DNA from: Podarcis vaucheri
Taxonomy: Eukaryota
Reading direction: 5' to 3' (one strand)
Assembly (NCBI GenBank): GCA_965113315.1
Contig: OZ220369.1
DNA: 64,000 bases
Positions 12,501 through 25,600 of this stretch are shown piece after piece. A program made the translations under genes and the position numbers. Numbering within the stretch: position 1 is the first letter of the stretch; each line of letters opens with the position of its first letter. The notes under the pieces are model-generated. The model did not search any database, was not told the DNA's origin, and saw only the letters and a program-made list of their open reading frames with translations.

Positions 12501-15500
12501 GTGTTTTTTCTTCTTCGTCTTTTAGTGAGTAATGCCTGGGCTATGGAGGAGTGGAAAAGTTGGACCTGGTTCCCCGAAAGCAGCATGGTTGGGAGGAAAT
12601 CAGTCAAGATACAAATTCCACACTTGCCCCTTTGCCCTGCTCTCCATTTTGGGCACTGCTGCTGTTGTACAGACTTTGCATTACCTGTTTTGCCTCAGTG
12701 GTTTTACCTTTGCTAATTATCTAGCTGGTATTGTCAAATTGTAAATGACTGTGAACTCATATGTGAATAGAGAGGCACAGAAATAGTAATTATTATTATA
12801 GTGGCATAGAATAAATTAAAAACCAGCCACTTTTCTAGCTTGCACAAGGCAAAATAGTCATGAAGTGGTTTAGCTGCTAGACTACCAAGATATTGCTCTC
12901 CTTTTTAGGGGGCAGGGATAGGTGAGGCCCCTGTCTAGGCTTGCTCACCCCAACAAGCACACCACACAGCACCAAGAGGGAAACAGGAAATGTGGTGAAG
13001 ACTTGCAGACCCTGAAAAGCAGCCTTAAAGCAGGGCCAGTTTGGAAAAGAAAATGAGAAGGCAGTTTGCCTTCCCCTGCTCCAGCCTCACTGCACTCATC
13101 TTCCCCCAAAGTGAGATAGAAAGGCTATATACAAGCTTCCACCCACTGACTTTCCTTTGAAGGGAGAGTGAGGCGCACCATCAAAGAAAATGAGGAAGCT
13201 ACAGTTCCTGTAGCTGGAAACTGGTAGCAGCACCTTCGTTTTGCTCCCAACAGGAAGAGAGCTCTGTACAGAAGCCCTGGAAGCCGGGCCTTTGGGAGAA
13301 CTGCTGCACCATCATGACCCAGCTTCTCTCAGCTGGGGCTTTGCTTGCCGTGCTGGGAAGGGGTTCCCTGTGCACATGAAAAAGGGAAAGTGGTTACCTC
13401 TTCCAGCCGATCCAGTGCATCGTTGAGCTTGCGTTGCCGCTCGAGCGCCAGCAACCACACCTGCTGCCAGCGGGCCGAAAGCTGGTTGATGCGCGGGTTC
13501 TTTGCTTCCGACTGGGAGAGAATTGGCATTGGGGGTGGGGCTGTCTGGTTCAGGGATTTTCCTGAGAGGAAAAAAAGACAGGGACAGGGAGGAAACATAG
13601 CAGAAATTGAGCAAAGTGAAGGGGCGTAATGAAAAAATTATGGGGAAGGGGCAAAGGAAGAAAGGCTTAAACTAAATACTGAGCTCTCCTTCTGCAGATG
13701 AAACTGGAAACTTCACTAAGATCATATCAACTCACAGGAACCCTGCAGTCTGCATGGGGCGTTTGAAGGCAGGGACAGGTAGCAGGTTTCCTGACAAGGG
13801 CTGTGTTTCCTTGGGGACCACATGCTGACTGTGGGCAGGGCTAAAGCCAGCAGTAGGCGGAGCCACCTCTCTTTCTCTCTTACCCCCCCCCCCGCTGCTC
13901 TCTCATGCCTCTTCCCCTTTCTTCCTACCCTGCCCAGCAGGCTGCTGGGACAGACTCCTGAGGCCTGAAATGATTGCTTGCGAAGGGCTTATTAAACTAG
14001 GCCAAAGGCTGCCCATCCTGGTCCAAGGAGGTGCAGAAAGTCACCCCAAGCTTGTACCTGAGCCAAGGCACATCAGAGCTACAGCCCAGACTTTTGTTTT
14101 AAAGACTGGTCTCAGCCATGGAATATGTAGTAGTAGCATCAGTAATTATCATAATAAAAGTAATAATCATAATGCTGCTGATGATGGGAGTGTTCCTGAA
14201 CACATATACAGTACTTATTTCTTGATCAAGGCCCAGTTCAAGATGCTAGTAGTGTTATTAGTGTTTAAAGCCCTAAATGAATTAGGCCCCAAATATTTAA
14301 AATTTGCCCAAAGGGTTGCCAACATACTATTGCTTCGGGATTTCTCAATGAAAGGTCCATGAGCCGGCTCTGTGGCTTTCCTCTTGTATGTTTTTGTGAC
14401 GCGATCCACATCTGGCTGCTTTCGGGTCATTACTTCCATAAAGGACTGGAAAATGCAGTAGGAAAGATGATTAGAGGTAGAAGAAGAGTGCAGCATTTTG
14501 TTACTATGCAACTAAATGTTGTCCTTTTGCTAATGTAAGCAGTCCTATCCCCAAACAACTCAAAGCACCTTTGGCTGATTAACATCTCATACCCTTTTAA
14601 ATGTGTTGTGGAAGGGGGGATTATTGGTTTGTTTTTGCTCTTATTTTTGTTATGCAGTTTGTGTTTATTATATTGTATTTTCTATTTTATTATATCTTTA
14701 TGTTGTGAATTGCCCTGAGATCTACAGATGAAAGGCCATACACAAGTACATGATACATAAATATTTATCACATTTATATTCTTTCCTATTTAACCCTACA
14801 ACAACCCTGTGAGGAGGTTAGGCTACTCGAGTGGGGATTTGAACCATCGTCTCCCAGCCCCTAGCCCAAACACTCTAACCACTACACCAGATTGGCTCTT
14901 GTTCTTATTCAGTCTCCTCTTTGGATAGTAACATTTCACCAGCCGTTGCCCATGTACCTTCAATATATCTTTGCCACCATAGGGGTTAGGAACTTAGTAC
15001 CTCACTCTCCAAATTAAGCACCAAATTCTCAGGAACCCAAATCTTGCATCTAATGCCACATTGTTTGTTCTTGCATGGCACTGCTAAATCAGTCTTCCCT
15101 CCAGCTGTTTTGGACTGCAGCTCCCATCAACCCCAGCCAACGTGGCCGTTTTGAACTACAACTCTCATCAGCCTCAACCAGCTCAGCTGCTGGGAGTCCA
15201 AAACATATGCAGCAGCAGGTTAGGGAAAGCTCCTCTGCGCCAAGGCTGGGGCTGATGGGAGCTGTAGTCTGAAAGGCTGGGCATCAGGTTCAGAAAGCCT
15301 GTGCTAGATATATATATAGCCCACTAGAGGTCAAAAGAAAAGAGGGTGAGCCAGGATTGGGGGTAGGGGCACCAGCCAGAGTGCCTCTAAGCAGTAGGAG
15401 CTGAAGGGGAAGACAATGACCCTCCATTCTGCTCTAAGCTTACAGGCACGTGGAGTCCTACTCCATGGCAAAACCAAAGCACTGCAAGCTCACACACAGC

Positions 15501-18500
15501 TAGGAAGAACGAAGTCAGGTGCTTTGTTTCACTTTAAAGCCACTGTGAACAGCTTTCTCAAACACACAGCATGCTCTTTTCTGGAAGGTGGCAAAGAGGG
15601 AGCCAACCAGGGCAGGGTTACCTGGTGCTCTGCAATGAGGGCTTTGACCTGGTCAATGTTCTGCGGCATTGGCTCTTGGTCCCTCTGAATCAGCGTTGTC
15701 TCAGCCCACTGAATCCATGCCAGGAGCTCCTCCAGCAGCTCTGCATTGGCCACCAGCTCTGAGAGGGCTGCTTCAAGCCGCTGCTGGTGTTGCTTTGCCC
15801 ATGTGAGAACCTGGCAGAGGATGAAAAGCAGGGAGGGTAATTGGCAGCAAATGAGAGGTATCTCTGCAGGGAGGGAAGGCAGCGGTATGTCTTTCCGGGT
15901 TACTCGCATGCCCCTTCCCTTGCCTAAGCATCTTCTTCACTTTTGCATTCCCCTCCTCTAGCTCACCTGGAACTTGTGTTTTACCCTGCAAGCTCTACAA
16001 CCTACTAACATTACAAACTTAGGGCACTATGAGTGAACTTGAACTAATGGTGCCAGTGATAAAATAGTCTAGAATCTAGATTAAGGGAGAAGACTGAAAA
16101 ATGCTTTAAGCTGAAGATGGAGGGAGTATACAGGAAAAATATTAAGGGTATGCTGTGTGTTCTTATGTGATTATCATATTATGTTTATTCACAAGCTACT
16201 CCAGAAAGGTTCATTCAAAAAGTGAAGTAATTTTTTTTCCATTTAAATAAATAAAAAGCTCTTGCTTGTTCCAAAAATAAAATCAAAACAAAAGCGCTTC
16301 TACCTAAGCATTTTAGGAACTGCAGTGAATTTCTACATTCTGTAGCTGGCTCCTCTCATCTCTGTAGCCAGCATTGTCATGAACCTTCTAAGATATCACA
16401 GCAGCTGAAGCAAGGTGGGAAGGGGATTCAAAATGCATTACTCTTCTTATACAGTCATAGAATTATTAAGTCTCTCAGCTCCATTCCTGCTGGCTGCAGC
16501 TGCTGAGAGGCAGAGCAAAGGCCTCTGTGACTCACTTCTTCAAACCGAGCTCGGATGATGGTGATCCAGTGCTTGATGGTGGTGATGCAGTCTGGGTGGC
16601 AAACGGCCAAGATGACCTCCCCCATCCCCACAGCGGAGTTCACATCCAGCCTTTTCTCTTCGACTTTCTTCATGAACTCCTGCAGCAAAGGGTAAAGTAC
16701 AACAGCTCAGCCTGGCTGCCTGGCAATCCCCTCAGGCTCCCGCCTTTCCCTTTTCTGATCAGCTACCCACCTTGTGGACATCGATGAGTGACTGCAGTGC
16801 TTCTGCGTCGTCGGGCAAAGCTCCCCGGAAGCGGAGGGTCTGCTCAGCTTCAGAGAGCCACTCCAGCAGAAGATGGACAGCAGTTCGAAACTCTTCTGCC
16901 TGGAAAGGGGAAACAGCACCCGTGAACCCTTCCCCATGGAGCACAGGCCTTTTGAGTTGCTGTACAGCAGGGATGGATAACTCTTCTCACAGCCTAAGGG
17001 CCACTTTCCTTCACAGGGAACCTTCCTGGGTAGGGGGACACACACCGTGGTGGGCGGGGCCAGAGGCAAAAGGGGTGGAGCAATAGATACAACAGTCACA
17101 GGGCTGGTATGGACCAAAGAGATGTGCAAGTTGCAGATGATGCCACCCTTCTCCCGTCTCTTACCTGCTTCAGGGCCTCCTCCAATCGAGTTTGCTTCAG
17201 GACAGACATCTTGCAGACGGTGTCCCAGCGGTTGCTTAGCTCTTGCAGCTGCACTTTCACCCACGTTGTGTCATCGCGGCTGTTCTCAATAAGTTCCCGG
17301 CCTGAGCGCTTGAGAACCGTGACGGTGCCTGTTCGCTTGCCAAGCTCCTTCTGGAAGACCTATCAAGGGGAACAGAGCATAGTTGCACCCTCTTTCTCCA
17401 AGCTCTCCACCCCTGTAAAGAGCACTAAGTTTGTTTTTTGATAGTTATCTGGAGACCTGTAAACCCGATCTTGGACCTTTTGCAAGTATATTTTCATTAA
17501 AAGGCAGTTTGGTTCTAATGGCCTTGCACTTTTCAAAACTCTGGAGGTATTAACTGCTCCCATTTTTTTATTACGTTCCAAATGATGTTTTAAACATTTT
17601 CATGTGTTATTGTATTATATTTGTATTCTTTTATGTTAGCTGCCCTGGGCTCCCTTTGGGATGAAGGGTGAGATGTAAAACTTAGAAACTCAAGTACATT
17701 TTCACAGGGACTCCAGTTCACTGCCTTAGTCCATAACACATTGAGGCTTACACAGTGTGAAGTGGCTTCCAAATGGATGGCTCTGTCCCCCAGCAGCCGT
17801 TACCTTGTGAGCATCCATTAAGTTCATGACCAGGTCCAGGTCCCCATGGACAGGTAGGTCTTCAGCCAGCTGGGGCTCCACCTTGTACAGCCAGTCAACC
17901 AGAGCTTGCAATGCATCCATGAACTGGCCAGAGAACAGAAGGGCCTCTTCCAGTTTGTGCTGCCTGTAAAAATGGAAAATGCAGGGGTAAGTGGGTGTTG
18001 CAGTTTCCCCTCAATTGGCCATCTCCTTGGGCACCATAATAAATGTGGCGTAATCAGAGCCTTATGCACACCTTAAGAAAAAATGGTGTGTTAAGGTAAT
18101 TTATTTATTAAAACAAATTACATGGCTTTGCATTTAAAAATCATAAAGCATGTACAGCACAATGTAAAAATTACAATAAAACCAAGAACTACACAATGAT
18201 AATAATGAAGAGGGGGGAAATCCAAAGCTAACAGATTAAGAACAAACTAGTGTGGATTACCAGCAAGGGCCTGGGAGAATCCAGATGTATCCAGAGCAAA
18301 TCCAGCAGGAACCTAGCTAAGGCCCCTGCCCTTTGGATGTGCAGTCAGTATACAAACTGGTCAAATATAGGTCTTGATGCTGATAAATGCCCCTCACACC
18401 CAATCCAAATAGGTGACTTAAAGCTGGTTTCTAAGACCCCCTTTTACGACCTGCAGGCACCTCAACTTACTACAGGATGTTACCTGTTAGGAAGCCCTTT

Positions 18501-19568
18501 CAGGCACTCACCTTTCCACTGATTTGCCACAGACAGTGTCCCACTTGTCACGGACTTCCCCAAGGAGATGGTCCAGGCTCTGGTTGTCATCTGGGAACTG
18601 AGCTTTTTCTTTCAGGGCCCTTCCTGTCCGGATCGTGGTATCATAAACAGGCTGCTTGCCACCCAGGGTTTTTTGGAACTCCTGATTTTCCCAAATAAAC
18701 CCACCCAAAACATAGGTTGAGAATGAGGCCAGTGACTACAGATAATTTCACAAGAAGCAAAGGAACTGTTTCACATGCAATTCTAACCTTGTGCTTAGAG
18801 AGCTGCAGTTTGATCTTGTCGGGATCATTTGAAATTTCAAGCTCAGAATCCAGGAGATTTTCTGCATCTTCTAACCAGTCAACCAGCTTCTTCCAAGCTT
18901 CATGGAACTATGAAGATTATTTTTTTCCATTTAATATATTATTAGAATTCACATGCTTCTCCAACTCCACTACTCACTGCCAATTTTCACCTATCCCCCA
19001 TCCCCTAACACCTGACCCACATTTCGTACTTCTGCAAACAGTGCCTAATACGCCAATGGCCCTCAATGAGCCCAAGAGAAACAGAAGTATTTTGTAGCTC
19101 TGAGCTGATGCCCTTTGTGCCTCCCTGGCTTCTAGCCTACAAAGGATTGTTCCTCACCTGCTTTGCCCGCTTCCTGGCATCGTCCAGAGCCCGCCCTCTT
19201 TCCACTGACCGCTGGACGACCTTCTCCCAGCGTGACTGGACACTGACCAGGAGGTTCTTGATCAAGACCACATCCTGCTTCTGGCTGAGAAACTTCAGCT
19301 GGTTTCCACTTTGGTCTAGGCCAATTATCTGGTCCCGGTGGGCGTTCACTTCATTGGCAAACACCTGACAAGGAAAAAATGAAGGCTGCTCTCCTGGGTC
19401 TCTTAGGCACCACATAATGCAGGGAAGGCCAATTCATTTGGGATGGAGGTTTTGTTCCAAGGTGAGATGGCACAAAGCTCAACTGTAGTCACTACGGCTG
19501 GCAAGGGAGTCCGAAGACTAGGCTGGGGCCTGCCATGGCCACAGATTGACTGGGTAGCCATGAGTGAG

Positions 19569-19604
<36 letters not shown>

Positions 19605-22600
19605 CCTCCAGTTCCCTACCTGCAACAAATGAATAATCTGACCCACCTCACAAGCCCCATCACTTGTTTTAGGGAACTACAGTGGTACCTCGGGTTACAT
19701 ACGCTTCAGGTTACAGACTCCGCTAACCCAGAAATAGTACCTCGGTTTAAGAGCTTTGCTTCAGGATGAGAACAGAAATCGTGCTTCGGTGGCACGGCGG
19801 CAGCAGGAGGCCCCATTAGCTAAAGTGGTGCTTCAGGTTAAGAACAGTTTCAGGTTAAGAATGGACCTCCGGAACAAATTAAGTACTTAACCTGAGGTAC
19901 CACTGTAGTAAAAGCCTGGGGTTGTAGTCAACTAACTTTTACTCAAACTAGACCCCATTGAAATTAATGGCCTTGACTAACTTAGGCCCACTAGTTTCAA
20001 TAGGTGTACTCTGTCTACAAGTTAGTAGAATACAACTGATAGTTATTTTTTTATTAACTGATTTTAAGTCACATTTTTAATATTACAGATTATTAATTTG
20101 TTAATGCTTCATAATTTATGACTGTGCTACTGCTCACTTCACTCACCGCTACTTGCCAATTTGCCTCCTTGCTTTAGACATCCTCCCAACCCTACTATTC
20201 ATACTGCCTGCCTCACGCCAAAGTTGCTGTTGCAACCTCAGTCGAAGAGGCAAAGAAGAGGGCAGTGGTGGGTGGCAGCAGAGTGGGATGGTTGCTGGGG
20301 AGATGCCCTGCCTTGCCCATTTCTAGGCAGCTTGCCTGGGGTGCCCACCTGCCTCTGTTTCTCTTTTTCCTCCAGTGGTGCTGAAATGGCATCATTGGTC
20401 TTAGGTAAGCAGCAGCAAAAGAGCAGGAGTTTTGGGGGAGCCACCCCAGCCTGTCCTGACAGTTCGTCCACGACTCAGGTGGACCATAGTCCTTCCCTCT
20501 TCTGCTTCCCTTCTTCTCAACCTCCAATGCAAGAGCCCAGCAGCTCTCAGAAATCTGTCATCATGCTGTAGTTCACAGTGCCCCCTACTGGCAGCCAAGC
20601 AAACTGCAGCATGACAACAGCCTTTCCTCTTTACTATATGTTAATATCTATCTATATATCTTGCAGTTTCAAAAACTTGGTTATTTGAAAACACCTATGA
20701 TGGAATATTTCCCTGTTTTAATTTTAAAGTCTTTCCTTATTTGGCTGCTATACCTAGGCATTGTTTATTGTTGTTCTTGTGGAAGTGCTTATTGTCTATT
20801 CTTGCTGTGGATAGAAGATACAGTGGTGCCTTGCAAGACGAAAAGAATCCGTTCTGTGATTCTCTTCGTCTAGCGGTTTTTTCGTCTTGCGAAGCAAGCC
20901 CATTGACGGATTAGCGCTATTAGTGGCTTTTAACGGCTTATCTGCTGATCGGATCAGCTGATAAGCGGCTTAGCGGCTTAGAAAAAGGGGGGGGAAGGGG
21001 AAAAAACCAGCAGGAACTCGCAAGACATTGTCGTCTTGCGAAGCAAGCCCATAGGAAATTCATTTTGCGAAGCACCTCCAAAACGGAAAACTCTTTCGTC
21101 TAGCGAGTTTTCCTTCTTGCGAGGCATTCGTCTTGCGGGGCACCACTGTACTATCTAGCTCTCATTTTATTTCTCAAGTTTCGAGCACTTGTGAATATGA
21201 TACAATTATAGAACCATAACTGAATTCTCTCAATACTCCACAGCTATTTTAAATAATTAAGTTTTTCTCTACCTTTTGGCAGCTTCACTATTCAAGTCAG
21301 ATAGCTCCTCCCACCCTCCCTCAATGCACACATGCACACCCAAGTGGGCATCATTACCTTGTGATCTTCTATCTGTGAGAGCACTGTGTTGAACATGAGG
21401 CTGGGTGGAGGAGCAACATTCAAGCTCTGCTCTGCAAGGGTGAGCCAATTGATGAAATCTTGCAGGGAATTTTGGAACTCGGTTGCCAAGCTGAGGGCCT
21501 CTTCCAACTTGGACTGAGTTTTAAAAGAAGGGGGAGAAAAAGCAGCAGAATGAGCACAAAAGGCAGAAAGAAAGGAGCACCAGCCAAAGTTCACAAATGC
21601 TGGCTTCTGAGACAAAGACCACAATTGTGTAATAAATGAGAGACTCCTTCTAGGCTGGACCTTCTCAGTCCAACCGATGAACGTGACTTGCATATTAACA
21701 GGTCACACTTCAAATGTTAATAACTCTTCCCCTTCATCAAAGCCATTCTGGAGCCAGGTTCTCTTCCAACAAAAAGCATCAGAACAAGAAGAGACCACCT
21801 ACTTGGCGGGGGGGGGGCAGCCAATGTGGTGCCCTCTGGATGCTGCTGCACCACAGTGTCCATCATCCTTGACCATTGACCATGCTGGCTGGGGCTCATG
21901 GGGGCTGGGAGCCCGAGAAGAGCCGGAAGGCACCACATTAGCTTCCCCTGCTCTATGGGACCATCACAATTTACCAATAATGGAATTGTGAAACAGCTGG
22001 ATTAAAACCAAAGCAAGGTTCTCTCTCCACTCCCTTTTCAAACACACACCTCTTTAATACCACCTCAAGTCCCAAAAGTTCCTCTGTATGAAGCTCCACA
22101 TGCGCAGAGCCTCGCTTTCCTGCGCAAGCTAGGGAATGTGTGGCACTCACACAAGAGTCCCCTGCTCTGCACCATGCAAATGTGAGTACAGTGATTTGGT
22201 GATTGGTACACCCGCACCCCTCCTAGCACATTACCTTTCTCTCCTCCATCTTCATACTGACGAGGCCCCACTTCTGCTCCAAGAGAGCCACACTTTGCTC
22301 TGTCTTTGATCCAGACCCAGAATCAGCGCGGCTCAGGAGCATCAGCCTCCCTTTAGCCAGGAGCTGGCTGTAGACCTCCTCGTTGGCTTTGAACTGGGCA
22401 TAGAGCTCCTGCACAACACAGAGGCATCGTAAACAAGGGATGCTTTGCAGGACAAATTTTCCTGACATGGGGGTTCATGTGGCATAGGCAAGACCTAATA
22501 GCACAGTTATGTGTGAAGATTGCTTCTGCTGCTTGCCAGGTGCACTTGGCTCTGGGGGTTGTCTGCCAAGTCCAGCTTCTCAGGGCCAACGCTTCATGTT

Positions 22601-25600
22601 ACTCTAAGCATGTGGTGTGCAGCTAGGCCTACAAAAATCACCCTTCCCGCTTGTGGCTTCAAAACCTAGGGGGTAGATTCCCACTGGTGAATAATCTTTA
22701 CACCTGACTGTGAACACATTTTTCTCTGTGACATCCTTACGTGTAAAAACTTCACATTTGTGCTGGTCCAGGGTTGCTGATGCCAGCTGATAGCTGAGTG
22801 ACTGGAACAACCTGGAACATCCACGAGTACCTTAGGTAGATACAGCTGTGCACTGTAAGCTGGAATGTAGCTAACCAAGCCTTCCCCCATTCCTTTTTCT
22901 CTGGCGCTTTCCCTTTTAGGTATATCACATCCCACGTGTGATGCACATTATCCTTCCCTCCCATATTAAGGGGCCATTCATTCCAGGCATCAGTTCGGCC
23001 ATCACAACTCACCATGTGGGCATTCAGTTGCTCTCGAGCAGTCTCTGGCAGCCCACCTGTCGGTTTGGAGGCAGACAGCTGGTTCTCCATCCTCGTGAGC
23101 CAGAGGAGGAAGTCTTCAATTTCACCATGGAAACCTTGAGCCTGCAATGGAACACAAAGCACATGCTGGACTGAAGGGCACAAGCAATTCACTCTGATGG
23201 TTTCGGAAACCTCAGCGGGAGGTACCAGGATTTTTAAAACCAAAAGTACAGAAATACATTTTGAGGTAGTGACATTAAAAAAGCAAAACCAAAGTGCCAA
23301 ACATAGGCTTAGGTTCAAATCCCAGCCTATTTCTAGCCATCTTCTTCTAGCCTAGCTCCCAGAAGTAAGAGAAGCTTTCCCAAAAAGACTCTGGCTCAAA
23401 GAACGAATCATCTCCAAAGTGAGGAAGCAGCTGAGAAAGACTCATCTGTACACCCAAACAAGTCCAGCCACAGAGCAAGTCTTGGTGGGCAATCATCTGA
23501 ACACACAAAGGGATAAATAAATAACCAGGAGGAGGGGCAGCACACACAAGGCCCACCCCCCCAAATCCCCTCCCCCAGGGGCACCAGCTGCTCTTCACAA
23601 CTCCTTTCACTTGTATATTTAACAAGAGAGTTATATCCCATCCTTCATCCTCCCCCCAAATAGTTAGAATGGTTTACCAAAAACAAAATAATATAAAAAC
23701 ATAATGTCAACTTGTGCACTGAAGATTCAGTTATTCTTATAGGGAGAACTTCAATTTGTGATAAGGTCTGAAGTGGTTTGTTTTTTAAAGAATTGGTAAT
23801 TAACTTGCTTAGAAACCCCCTGCTATTGGAAGCCTTCCTTTTTGTAAGGAGACAAACACTCCTAGAAACCCTCCAGACCTTGGTGCTCATTGCGAGACGT
23901 GCCCCCACCTTCCCCACTCTCATCTCAACCTTCTGTGTTGTTCAGGTGCATGCCTGAATGTGGCTCCTTTGAAATGTTGGGCGAGGAATGCAAGGAACGA
24001 GAGCGCTCTGAAGAGCACCCACTGCCCGCCTAACTAACTCTCTTCCCAGCTGACCTGCTGAAGGGTCATCTGCAGCTGCTGTTCTCGCTCCTCTGTCTTC
24101 TGCAGCACCGACTCCCAGCATGAATTCATTGTCTCCAGGCGGTTCCGGAGACTGCTAGCATCATCCCCTGCACTGGATTCCAAGAGCTCATTGCCAGCCT
24201 TGTTCACTGTCTCCACTGTGGACTGATGGGCCAGCACATCATTCTTCAGCACCTAGTGTGGTGTTGCAGGTAGAGAAGAGAAAATGCTTTAGGGCCCTTG
24301 CAAGCCTCTGTGGCACTAGCAAAGGATGGTGGTGATAGATGGTGGACCCAAGTTCAGCCCCTGTCAATCAGCATGGCTGGAGTCTCCTGCATCTTGGTTT
24401 CGGTGTACAAACTCAGGAAGCAAAGCACATGAGACAAGGCTTCCTGGATATTCTCACAAAACACTCTCAGCATCAGCAGCAAGTTACTGGCAATAACTGA
24501 CCAAATGTGGCCTGTCAAGCCCAAGCAAACACCCCAAGCTAGAGGAAAGGCTGTGGCTCAGTGGCAGGGCACTTGCTTTGCATGCACACAGTGCCAGGCT
24601 GGATCTCTGGTATCTCCAGGTAGGGCTGGCAAAGACTCCTTCTGACATCCTCGGGAACTGCTGTCAGTCAGGGTAGACAATGCTGAGTGAGATAATTGTC
24701 ATGAGCCCCATGGAGACATCTTGGCAGAGTTGGTTGGCATGGCATTGTGGACTCTGATTCTGGGGAGTGGCTCAGTGGGCCAGAAAGTGGGTTGTTGGAG
24801 AAAGACCCATCTCAGAATCATCAGGCATTCCAAGTGTCAGGGGAGTGACTCCGCCTCCTGCCAGTGATGCACTCCCTTCCCCAGGGAAGTGCCGGCTCAG
24901 GTCGGACTGTGAACAGACAGCATCCACCCACCCCAAGCCCAAGGACATGACTTGTGCCAACATGAGCAGGCCCAGCCTTCTCATAGAAGTGCTTGTTTGC
25001 TTGCCCAGCCCTGTGGCTTGGGACAGGATCCACATGAATGTGCCCAGCCAGCTCTTCAGAAGGGGACCCCAGGGGGACATGTCACATGTTGGGACAACAT
25101 CTTCACTTATGCCTAGCCATAGCCTAGCTTATGCCACAGCCCTTTTTAACCACTTATCTACACTCATCTCATGTCTGGGCCCTGCAGTGAATTCTGGAAG
25201 AAAGCTTTTGGAATAACTGCTCTGAGAGCCAGCATTGTGTCCGTAAGTGGGAGCCAGGACACCAAGGGTCTACCTCACTTAAGGCAGCTTCCAGTGTCAT
25301 CCGTTGTTGCTGCTCTCATAATATTCCCAGCTCTTTCCTCAAAGCAAGCCTCCGATTGAGCTATAATGGCACAGCTGCAATGACAGCCCAGAAAGATGAC
25401 GATTCCTGGGGCAGGACACAGAGGAGGGGACACTTTTGTCATCCAACAGCTCTGCGGTGGCCCAATGGCAAAAGGACAGAAAGGAGCTGACTTAACCAGA
25501 TCTTTGGCCCATGCAGCCATGCACTGCATTTAGCAGCAGCTCTCTAAGGTCTCAAGGAAATTTTGTGAGCCCAGTCACTAGAGATGGGCCAGGACCTTAA

